Origin: Macrostomum hystrix | Lineage: Eukaryota > Animalia > Platyhelminthes | DNA length: 64,000 nucleotides | Assembly: GCA_950097015.1 (NCBI GenBank) | Contig: CATNEN010000024.1 | Location: forward strand, 5,456,001-5,520,000 | Direction: 5' to 3' | Part shown: positions 50,043 to 59,956 of the stretch, in pieces | How positions within the stretch are numbered: the stretch's first letter is position 1 | How the letters are laid out: every line of letters begins with the position of its first letter | Notes under the pieces: model-generated | Told to the model about the DNA's origin: nothing | Seen by the model: the letters and a program-made list of their open reading frames with translations, nothing else | Database searches by the model: none | Translations under genes and position numbers: made by a program

Positions 50043-51991
50043 ACGGGTGTCCCAAAAAAAGGGTAACACTTTGTGCGCTCACTGTGAGTGAGCAGTTAGG
50101 CCTATAGCCCAGTAATTTAACAGGTCTACAGTAAACATATGTAAGTTTTTCCCACAAAAATTTGGTTACGAAAAATTGCTCTAGAGGCGAGTTATTGAGC
50201 ACAGAAGTGTACGCTAGCTTTTCTGCCAAGCTTTGCCTACACAGCTGCCATAGACAATATTTTGCTTAAAAAATCTTAAGGAGCTTAGACTCTGAGACGG
50301 TGTGTGGTCAAATGCCAGTTTATTTGAAAAATCGATGTTGATTTTTTGAGCTTGTAAGTGTACGCTAGATTCTCTGCTAAGCTTTGCCATAGACGGAGGC
50401 CATAGACAATATTTTGCGTAAGAAAAATTACAGAGCATGCATCCATTATGAGACTGATCTACTGATCTAATGGACCATAGCAGCTGCATAGTTCAGAAAC
50501 CGTCAATGGCTTGCAAGTTTGAAGAAGAAACTCGTCTTCGGATCATCCAGTGCTATTACCGAAATGGAGAGAGCGTCACAGCTGCTTCGAGACAGTTTAA
50601 CACTTGGCGAAATGCTCAACCAAACGCTGCGGCCATTCCTCTTTGCACAAAGAAGAATGTTCATCAACTGGTGCAAAAGTTTCTGACAAAAAAGAACTTA
50701 CAGTTGTCACATAAAGGACACAGTGGCAGACCTCGCAGTGTCAGGACAGAAGAGCGCGTTTTTGACGTGATGAGAGAGTTGGACAATCTTGGACAAGAGT
50801 TGGTTAGAGAAAATCTCTGAGACAAGTTTCACGAGACCTCGAAATGTCAACTTCGACTGTGCAGCGAATCGCGAGACAGGATCTTCACCTGCATGCATAT
50901 CGTGCAGAGAAGAAGCACGGACTGCTACCAAGCGACTTTGTGCAGCGAGCAGAACTGTGTCATCTAATGCTGAACACTCTTGAGAACACCAATCAGCCAA
51001 TTGTGTTTGTTGACGAAGCCACATTTCGAACAGACGGCACGGTCAATCTCACGAATGACCGGTTCTGGTTCACACGTGGCACAGCCCCGAATATCCCGCC
51101 AGCCGAAGCACGTCAAAATGCGCAAAGAGCAACAGTATTGGCTGCAGTGTCACGAGACTGGCTTGGGGGGCCTATTTCTTCCCCGGAACTGTCAACTCTA
51201 AGGCTTATCAGGATGCATTGGAGCTTTTTCTGATTCCGGATCTTCATTCGGCTGGCATCCGAAACGTTTGGTTTGTGCAAGATGGTGCTACTGCGCACAC
51301 TTCCGTCTCGACTCGCCAGTTTCTTAGTGACGCTTTCGGTGCCGATAGAGTGATTAGCAAGTTTTTTAACACACCTTGGCCAGCAAGGTCACCTGATTTG
51401 AATCCGGTCGACTACTTTCTTTGGGGCTTTGCTCGTGAGCTCGTCTACGCCCAGGGAGGCTTTTTGAATTTACATCATCTGAACGCATCCATTGTTCGAG
51501 CTTTTGATTGGATTCGGCAGAACCGGATGGATGATGTCCGCAATGCCGCCGATGGCTTCTTTGGTCGGCTCCGTGAGTGCATTGAAAATGATGGGTATCA
51601 TTTGAGGCACAGATAAAAGTTTATGAACACCATATTGCTATGCTCACTGTACGTTGTTGTTTATTCTTGTTTGCGTTACATGTTTGCTTTATGCTCCGTT
51701 TTTTTTTCAAATAAACTGGCATTTGACCACACACCGTCTCAGAGTCTAAGCTCCTTAAGATTTTTTAAGCAAAATATTGTCTATGGCAGCTGTGTAGGCA
51801 AAGCTTGGCAGAAAAGCTAGCGTACACTTCTGTGCTCAATAACTCGCCTCTAGAGCAATTTTTCGTAACCAAATTTTTGTGGGAAAAACTTACATATGTT
51901 TACTGTAGACCTGTTAAATTACTGGGCTATAGGCCTAACTGCTCACTCACAGTGAGCGCACAAAGTGTTACCCTTTTTTTGGGACACCCGT
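50043..51991 (+). mobile_element. Tc1/mariner element (DD41D/rosa-like), 289-bp TIRs, TA TSD
   Basis: 50043-50331 and 51703-51991 appear to be perfect inverted copies (acgggtgtccc...). TA at 50041-50042 and 51992-51993. Confidence 0.95.
50506..51616 (+). pseudogene. mariner-type DDD transposase with two frameshifts
   Basis: SGRPRS, FVDEATF, FVQDGATAH, WPARSPDLNPVDYFLWG. Frame breaks near 50800 and in the G6 run near 51165-51170. Confidence 0.9.
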
Positions 51992-52135
51992 TAGTATTGT
52001 AGTTAGCGGGCGTGAAACGCGTTTCACGGCCCGCCCGCTGTGCATATCTATGGAATTCGACCATAGACAACAGCAGTGGCGGGCTGCCGTTAGCTTCAAC
52101 CTCGTTTTAACACGCGTAGGCTAACTACAACACTA
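51992..52135. mobile_element. 144-bp miniature derivative of the YR element 1 terminus
   Basis: Ends tagtattgtagttagc ... gctaactacaacacta (16-bp TIR). The body is the reverse complement of 46271-46402. Confidence 0.75.
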
Positions 52136-52236
52136 ACTACAACACTCCAAATTAAAAGCCCGCAGTCCAAACTAAAACGCAAAAGGCTATATTTGTTTCC
52201 GTTCTCAGAATTCAACGACATGTATATTAATATGTA

Positions 52237-53117
52237 CACTCAGCAACATTTAAAACGCAACACTCTAATTAGAAGAAAAATCAACTCACCCAGAAGAGTC
52301 AAAGCGCATAGTCTATGGTTCAAATCGAGCTTCAGAAACGCGTGTAGCTTCCTCTCGCAAGTAACAGGGCGATGACTATGGACTGTTTTCAGATAGAGTG
52401 ATCCAGCTGAGAGAATGGTTCAACAGATGACAGACGCGGAAAGATGGCGAGCAGTCGGAATGTGGACAGGGAACTGTGGGCCATGAAGCGGGCGCACTGG
52501 CGGCAAGGACAGTGGCAGCGCGTTATCTTTACAGACGAGAGTCGGTTTCGTCTTTTTCGCAGTGATGGTCGAATTCGCGTCTGGCGTGAGCCACGGCAAG
52601 AGCTTCTGCAGCAGCACGTGCAAAGCTGCGATGGGCAGGGACCCTCCGTACACGTGTGGGCAGGGATTTCAATGCGAGGCAGAACCCAGCTGGTTTTCTT
52701 AGACGCAAACGTGAACGGCGATGAGTACGCTCGTTTGCTGCAGACGCATCTGCTCCCTTTTGTTAACAACCACTTTGGTGGCGTCGCAAACTGCAAACTG
52801 CATCTTCGGTGGCCTTCAAGATCCCCTGATATGAACCCAATTGAACATGTCTGGGACTTTATCAAGCGGAGTGTTCAACGGCAGAATCCGCCGCAGACAG
52901 TCGCTAAACTGCGAAACGCTGTTGCTAACGCGTGGCATGACTTTTTTCGACGCCTTGTTCTGGGAATGCCACGTCGAGTCAACGCCCTGTTACTTGCGAG
53001 AGGAGGCTACACGCGTTTCTGAAGCTCGATTTGAACCATAGACTATGCGCTTTGACTCTTCTGAGTGAGTTGATATTTCTTCTAGTTAGAGTGTTGCGTT
53101 TTAAATGTTGCTGAGTG
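52237..53117 (+). mobile_element. Tc1-family deletion derivative, ~141-bp TIRs, TA TSD
   Basis: TA|cactcagcaacatttaaaacgcaacac ends. ORF 52444-53022 has VIFTDESRF, WPSRSPDMNPIEHVW and ARGGYTRF but lacks the HTH and the QDDNA segment. Confidence 0.9.
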
Positions 53118-53256
53118 TATATGTATGTATATTAATATACCATTAATACCCATGCTTTTAGGGCGTTAATGGAAAATCAGAGGGCGCCGTTAGGATTTTT
53201 CAATGACGCCCGCAAAGCTTGGGTATTAATTTTATTGTACCATAGACGTTTTTGCC

Positions 53257-53955
53257 GGGGTGCTATCAAAAGCTCGAAATTTCACAACACCGAAAAGCCT
53301 TTTTTTTTCCTAAAGTCGAAACTTTGTAAGCTCGAATTTTCACAATACACCAAACGAGTACCTTATTAAACAGTAATAATTTCTAATCAATACATCACCA
53401 AAATGAAGTTTAGCTTTTATCGCGCTATGTGGAACAGTGGACATGCAAAACGGAACGGCCCATTGAATTCTATGGCCGAGCGTTTGAATTCACACGAGAA
53501 AGTAAGCCATAGACAACTCAAATTGTCATGCTATGTGGAACGATGAGCCAGAATGGAAGGAACGATTTTAGCTTTTATTTGCAGAAAGAATTCTGAAATT
53601 GAAGCATCAGTTACAAAATTTGAACCCCTAAAACAGATGTCGCTGCAAACACAATCGAAACAATAGATTGCAGCGCAGCTCCCAGCCAGCGCACTTGTCA
53701 GCAGTGATTGCTTGACCAACAGCTTCAGTCGCCTCTCGTTCAAGTAGCATGTGTTTTATGCTACTTCAAGTAGCATATGAAGTCTCTTGCTAAAGCTTTC
53801 GACGTTGTGAAGTTTCGAGCTTATGAAGTTTCGACCTAGTGAAGGTAGCTGCTATTTTAGTTTTCAACGTTGTGAAGTTTCGAGCTTATGAAATTTCGAG
53901 CTTATGAAGAAAGGTGCTTTCGACGTTGTGAAATTTCGAGTTTGTGAACCCCCCC
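53257..53955. mobile_element. MITE with GGGG ends and subterminal ctcgaaatttcacaac repeats
   Basis: Left ggggtgctatcaaaagctcgaaatttcacaac vs right gttgtgaaatttcgagtttgtgaacccccc, with multiple inverted subrepeats. Confidence 0.6.
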
Positions 53956-54298
53956 TCGACATTTTAGCCTCAGTAAGCCATTCCTATTGGTCGATGCCAT
54001 TTTGCGGGCGGATAATGGTAGCTTAATACCAGGCTTTTAAGTGCGGAAATGACGCGGCACGAGTGCCATAGACATTTCCGCACGCAAAAGCCTGGTATTA
54101 GGCACATTATTTTCTCGCCTTTAGTTTCTCGCAATAGACACAAATTCATTCGCCTATGTCTCCTATCGTTTCCTACAGTTTTGAAAGGCGTGCGATAATG
54201 CCACCGCCATTACCGCACGCTTTTTGGACTTCTCTTAAGTCCAACGCATACGAAATCACCATAGACATTTGTCATTACCACAGGCTAAAAAGTTTTTG

Positions 54299-55042
54299 CG
54301 CCGAAACTGCAAAACAATTCCCCATAGAAGCCAATGTGGTCTAAAAATAGTAAGCCCATAGAAATTAAGCTAAAATTCGAGATTGAATTCGCCGAAATTT
54401 CATTTGAATTCGCGTCACGCGCCAATGGCTTGTATTCATTTGACAGGACAAAAGGCTTCGAAGGGGAAACAATCAAAGAGGAAACAAAGTTTGCGAACTG
54501 ATGTACGAGTAGAATGAATTCAACCGAACGATCAAACAAAAGAGCAATCAATTATGCCAAAATGTCTTCATGATTCAGGCAGCGATTCAAGTAGGTTGCC
54601 GTGTGATTAGCCCACTGCAAGCACTTCTGCTGTGTGATCTGCTGTAGGGCGACCGTCACCTCACGTCTCAGAATTCCCATTCTCCAGGTGTGCAATGTGA
54701 TGCCAAGGTTTGCTGCTGCAGCCGTATTGAGCAGTTCCGCACGAACTTCAGGCTGTGAGAGCAAGCGTCCGACGGCAGTCTTTAAGCAGGAGCCAGCCAT
54801 CTCATCGCAATCTATCCGTCGTCGATACTGGCTTGTACAGTCCTCTCAGCATTTTGAAAACAGGATAGAGAAGGACTGCCGAATTTAAATTGCTGCGATA
54901 TTAGCAACATATAGACACGTCACCAGTGCGAATTCAAATGCAATTTCGGCGAATTCAATCTCGACTGTTAGCTTAATTTCTATGGGCTTACTATTTTTAG
55001 ACCACATTGGCTTCTATGGGGAATTGTTTTGCAGTTTCGGCG
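54299..55042. mobile_element. MITE-like element with ~115-bp TIRs and GC-richer coding-like interior
   Basis: 54299-54413 inverted to 54928-55042 with few mismatches. Confidence 0.8.
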
Positions 55043-55191
55043 AATTCAATTGCAAAAAGGTATATTATACCGCAGCTAGGCGAGATGATAATGGCTATTA
55101 ACTGCAAGAGAATTACCGAGCATTAATTCGTCTATGGCCATTAACGGGCAAGACTTTCTGCCCCCCCCCGGGAAAAAAGGTACAATGTAAC

Positions 55192-55288
55192 ATTAACATA
55201 GAATTTTGTAGTTGTCAATGTAGAATTTTGAGGGCGCGCAAGCGCCCGAAAAATTATGCATTGACTACTAGCAAAATTCTATGTTAAT
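55192..55288. repeat. 97-bp imperfect hairpin upstream of the YR gene
   Basis: attaacatagaattttg / caaaattctatgttaat outer arms; inner gtcaatgtagaatttt...gggcgc-gcaa-gcgccc...aaaattatgcattgac. Confidence 0.75.
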
Positions 55289-55506
55289 CATATTGTCAGT
55301 AACTTAAGCAATGCAAGAAAATTCCGGGCGACAATGCAGAAATTAGCGGGCCCTATGTTAGAGATGTTGGAATGTCTATGGTCTAAGTTTTTTTCCAATT
55401 GGTTGATGGGTATATGCGCCATAGACTATAAGGAGAGTGAGGAGCGAGAGAAATTCGTTAAATAAGAATGAGAGGGACAACAGATCTTTAATACAGGAGT
55501 GTTAAA

Positions 55507-56901
55507 ATGTTGAACTTAGCAAATCTACCCGATCAACTGGTCAGCGCATTATCAACTGAAGAGCTGAACTGGGTGACTTCGGAATCTGCAACACGTTATC
55601 TGGAGGAACTAAGTGGCGAGTTTGCTCGAAGGCTAGATGCGGAAGAAATCCTGGACCTCGATGAAGATGCGCTCGAGGAACTGAGAGAGATTGAACGTGA
55701 AGGAATACCAAAATCATCTGCGAGGCAGATGGAAGACGCAGTGGCGCGGTTCCAAACGTTTTTGACTGATAAGCAACTGTCGTCTGATCTGGTGCGAGTA
55801 CCACCAACTATTTTGAACAACTATCTGCGCCTCTTTTATTCAACTCTAAGAACCCAGGAGGGTCTGTTCTACGCACCTCCAACATTGATTTGCATTCGAG
55901 CTGGATTGAATCGATACTTCAACCTTAATCGTCCAGGGGTAAACATTATCGGAGACCCTGTGTTCACTGCTGCCAATCGGATGCTTGTGTCCATGGTGCA
56001 AAAATACAAGCGTGCAAATCAACCAAAGGCTCGAGACGAGTTCGCAGTGATCGAGAAGAACGATCTGGTCAAAATCATGGACTACTTTGATCGGACAAAC
56101 GGCGAAGTACTGCAACAGGAGGTGATGTTCCATCTAATCTACTACTTTGGACTACGTGGGCGAGAGACGCTGCCGTTACTATCTAAGACAAGCTTCGACT
56201 TTCAAGAGGACTCGGAAGGCAAAGAGTATGTCACCCTGAGTCATGACATCATCAGCAAGAATGCCAAGGCTTCGTTGAAACCGAGCGAGTTCGAGAATGC
56301 CAAGAAGGCGCGCATGTATGCCACCGATGGCTCGGCGAACTGTCCTGTGTCAGCTCTGCGCTTGTATCTGCAGCGGTTGGACGAACTGCGGATCGAAAGT
56401 CTCTTTCCGAAGCCGTGTATGAATGTTTCTAAGGGCCTGGCCGACAAACGCTGGTACTGTGCTGCGCGAAATTTAGGCAAAAATTCAATTGATCAACTAA
56501 TGAGTACTTTGTCTTCTAAACTTGCCCTCTCTAAGCGTTATACCAACCACTGCATTAGAGTTACACACGTGACGGTACTGAAGGAGAGAGGCTTCTCGAA
56601 CTCGGCTATCGCATCTAACACTGGCCACAAGAATCCGCAGAGCGTAGAGCGCTACACACGAGTGAGGCGCGATGCCGACTTCCGTGCGATGTCATCAGCA
56701 CTGAGCGTCGAGACAAGCTCCTCCCAGGTCTGTATTCGTCGCATTGGCCAGGATGGCGAAGTTGCGATTACCGAGACTATGTCTACGGAAACCAAGCTTG
56801 GAGAGCAGCGGTCTAACGAGGCTGTGCCAACTATCGTCGTGAACTTCAATGGGACTTTCAAGAATTGCACGTTCAAACTAGCTGGTGATGGTAAGCAGTG
56901 A
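55507..56901 (+). CDS. Intact Crypton/DUF3504-type tyrosine recombinase (464 aa)
   Basis: YYFGLRGRE (Arg), SKN, CPVSALRLYL, WY...LGKNSI, YTNHCIR (HxxR), TGHKNPQSVERY (His, catalytic Tyr). Single uninterrupted ORF. Confidence 0.9.
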   Translation: MLNLANLPDQLVSALSTEELNWVTSESATRYLEELSGEFARRLDAEEILDLDEDALEELREIEREGIPKSSARQMEDAVARFQTFLTDKQLSSDLVRVPPTILNNYLRLFYSTLRTQEGLFYAPPTLICIRAGLNRYFNLNRPGVNIIGDPVFTAANRMLVSMVQKYKRANQPKARDEFAVIEKNDLVKIMDYFDRTNGEVLQQEVMFHLIYYFGLRGRETLPLLSKTSFDFQEDSEGKEYVTLSHDIISKNAKASLKPSEFENAKKARMYATDGSANCPVSALRLYLQRLDELRIESLFPKPCMNVSKGLADKRWYCAARNLGKNSIDQLMSTLSSKLALSKRYTNHCIRVTHVTVLKERGFSNSAIASNTGHKNPQSVERYTRVRRDADFRAMSSALSVETSSSQVCIRRIGQDGEVAITETMSTETKLGEQRSNEAVPTIVVNFNGTFKNCTFKLAGDGKQ

Positions 56902-57587
56902 TGTGTCGAAAGTAAACACTGTTGAATCGAATGAACTGAATTCGCAAAACTGATATTGCGCTTCATTGTTAATGTCATTGTTATTGCACTGTTATCATTA
57001 TCATTCCATTATGCTGCTATCTATGTTCTAAAACGACAATACACTTGTACTTGCATGTTAAAATCAAGGATCGTTATATAAAAGTACTAATTATAGAACT
57101 CCTTGGTTGGACTGCTGTTTTACCATAGACTACGGAAAATTCGAGACGAAATTTCATTCATTGATACCCCGAAAAGGGACACGTGTGCCCGCAAAAGTTA
57201 ATGACAATGTATATATCGTTGAATTCTGAGAGCGGAAACAAATATAGCGTTTTAGATTGTATGTATATTAATATGCATACCGTTGAATTCTGAGAACGAG
57301 TTAGACAACATTAAGCGGTAAGTAAAGTGGTTTTATTTTAGGACCCATAATTTTTGGGCCGAATACTCTAGTGACTCGCTGTTCCCTGTTCTTAAATTAA
57401 ACATGTTAAACTTTTTCTAAGTATTGTACGAGTATTCAACCAAAGGGCCTCTCGAAATGAAAGAATACTGACAAACGTGTAAAAATTCTATGCCAATACA
57501 GATGTATATGATATAAAACAGACTGAGACAATACTCAAGCTAAGTGTCACTGGCAACCATGCCCCCCACAGAGATTCATCCGGCTTG

Positions 57588-58625
57588 ATGAAGACAAGCG
57601 CCAAGCAGCCAATGTTTTTCTGGTTTTGCCTGCTGACAATCGTCTGCCTGGTTGTCATCTCCTGCAGGCTATTCATTAACTCCAACTGGTCACAGATTAT
57701 TTTTAACTATCAGCATCGTTACACACGGTTGAAAAAACTGTCGAACGAATGCCTGGCAGACATTATTAAGGCCTTCAAGCTGGACGAGTCAGCGATAAAC
57801 CAATCGAAACCAATTTATTTGACGCTAGACAAGCCGTGGCCTATGTCAGGCAATTCCTGCGGGCCAGCCGTCACCGCAGTCATCACGCCTCCAGCGGGCT
57901 TTAAAAAGCAAGAACTGCTGACCATGGCCGAAAGGGAAAGAATCTATGGCATTGTCCAGGATCTGTACACCAAATTCACTGCTCTGAAACTGGAACTGTT
58001 CCTGGCGGGGGGCAGCCTACTGGGCTCTGTGCGGCATCTCGGCTTTATACCGTGGGACGCTGATGTGGACTTGATGATTCTGAAAAGGCAAAAGCCGGCC
58101 GCTGAACAGCTGCTGGTAGACATGTCCAGCTCGGACGAGTATCGCTTTGTGAACACGGAGGTCACCAATGGTCACTGGCAGCTGGGCATACTCTGTCAGG
58201 TGGAACGCCACAAACCTTTCACGCGAATGTACCGCAATGATAGACTCTATCCGGTAAAGATTTGCAAAACTATCATTGATTTCTTTTTTGGTCACGTGAA
58301 GCGTAGCTTCTATGAACGGATGGAAGGGCCGGGTTCATTTCCGTTGCACTACGTCTATCCATTGGTTGTGCGGCCATACGGTCCGCTTCTCCTACCTGTG
58401 CCAAACATGCCGGAGAAATTCTTGGCAGCTGTCTATGGCCCAGACTTCGAGATTGACTGCAAGTACAAGTACTTTAAAGATTTACATTTCAACTGCTCCA
58501 GTCTGTCATCGATTTATCCGTTTGTTGAGCACCTCCAGTTTAAGGTCAATGGCCGAGAGTTAAAAGTGGATCTTCTTGTGCAGAACGCCAGCATACTTGC
58601 TCTTTTCATTCCCAAACAGCCCTGA
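57588..58625 (+). CDS. LicD/fukutin-family nucleotidyltransferase-fold protein, type II membrane
   Basis: LFLAGGSLLGSVRHLGFIPWDADVDL motif; N-terminal TM FFWFCLLTIVCLVVISC; PVPNMPEKFL..YG C-terminal motif. Confidence 0.88.
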   Translation: MKTSAKQPMFFWFCLLTIVCLVVISCRLFINSNWSQIIFNYQHRYTRLKKLSNECLADIIKAFKLDESAINQSKPIYLTLDKPWPMSGNSCGPAVTAVITPPAGFKKQELLTMAERERIYGIVQDLYTKFTALKLELFLAGGSLLGSVRHLGFIPWDADVDLMILKRQKPAAEQLLVDMSSSDEYRFVNTEVTNGHWQLGILCQVERHKPFTRMYRNDRLYPVKICKTIIDFFFGHVKRSFYERMEGPGSFPLHYVYPLVVRPYGPLLLPVPNMPEKFLAAVYGPDFEIDCKYKYFKDLHFNCSSLSSIYPFVEHLQFKVNGRELKVDLLVQNASILALFIPKQP

Positions 58626-59433
58626 CCGTCACAGTTTCTGATTGTAATCAGGTCTAAGACAAAGCACGCAAACTTGGTGTACAAATTCAATTATAATGAT
58701 TATAATGTACTTTAATACTCGTACTTGAATGTGCATCAGAAATATTTTAACAGTTTATTTTGCGACCTCAATAGCACATAAGGATAGTACCACTTTTACA
58801 TGCTTTTTGTTTATGAAGTCATAGAGCTAAAAATAAAAATACTAAAATAAAATGTATGCCGATAAAACTTTCATCAGATACAAAGTCATTCAAGGCAAAG
58901 AGCACATGGTGCATATAATTGGAACTTGAAATTTCACAATAAAACAAACGAGTATTCGAGCTGCTTTCTGCTAATTCTTTATTCGCCTGATCAATCGCAA
59001 ACATGTTGCATGTTAAAGCTTCTCTGGAAAGTAGTTTCTTTCCTGATTTTATTTAAACAATCAAAATGAATTCCAACGACTGGCCTGCGAATGCCGACGA
59101 GAATATCGACCAGGACGAGCTAGATGCCCTACTAATCGAAGCATGCATGCTGCCGATTGGGAGCTAGCTGCTATTCAAGAAGATGTTGATGCTCGATTTC
59201 GAGTTACAGCCTCTGATGCGGCTGATGCCGGAAAATATAAGATCAACAAGAACTGGACAGGCTGCTTATTGCAGCATGTGATGCGGCGGACGCGGAGCTA
59301 GCTGCTGAGCTCCAGGCTGCAGAGCAAGCAGCCAAGGATTTCGTCGACTGCGCGATTACCAGCATATTCGTGCCAGATAGCGACGACCAAGACGCAGCAT
59401 TCACAACCATCAAACGCAACAGGTTTACTTTGC

Positions 59434-59956
59434 ATGCATCTGCTGCGAATGAGACCGTGGCGTGGCCTCCGAATTGCTCATCTCCGACCATTTCGTCGCG
59501 ACAACTGCGATAATGGATATTCAACCATTCGACTGCCCGGACGCCAGGTCAGCGACAAAAAATCAAATCCATCGGCTGCAGCGTTCAAACGTTGCCGACC
59601 TCCTTCATCGACCTGCCGCTGAAATAGCGGCAAGACAGCAGCCACTGTTCCAGCATTGTCAGTGTCGCCAACTCACCGTACATTTTTTCTGCACCCGCCG
59701 AGGCGAACGAATGTCAGTTTCGACGTTTAGTTACGCGGTTGCTGAGTACACAAAGTTGCTGCTCGGCCGCTCCGGTGTTAGCCCGAACATCTTTCGCAGC
59801 TCCAAGCAGGACGTCGTGGCAGGAGGCCGGCCGGAGTTGGTTGACCAGTCGGCGGCACTGTGTGAGACATCCGTGCCTATGATGATGCGTCATTATGCTA
59901 CCAACGCCATGCTGAACAACCGGACTGTCATGCTTGCCACCGTCGATCAGCTATAG
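59434..59956 (+). pseudogene. Possible phage-integrase-like tyrosine recombinase relic
   Basis: LLRMRPWRGLRIAHL (box I-like, one frame), then FFCTRRGERMS...VSPNIFRSS...AALCETSVPMMMRHY (box II-like with Tyr, another frame). Confidence 0.45.

Noticed and set aside
50038-50229. Identical small ORFs at 50038 (-) and 51805 (+)
   Set aside because: Mirror translations of the mariner TIRs.
46271-57255. DIRS/Ngaro YR retrotransposon
   Set aside because: No gag, reverse transcriptase or RNase H sequence near the YR genes.
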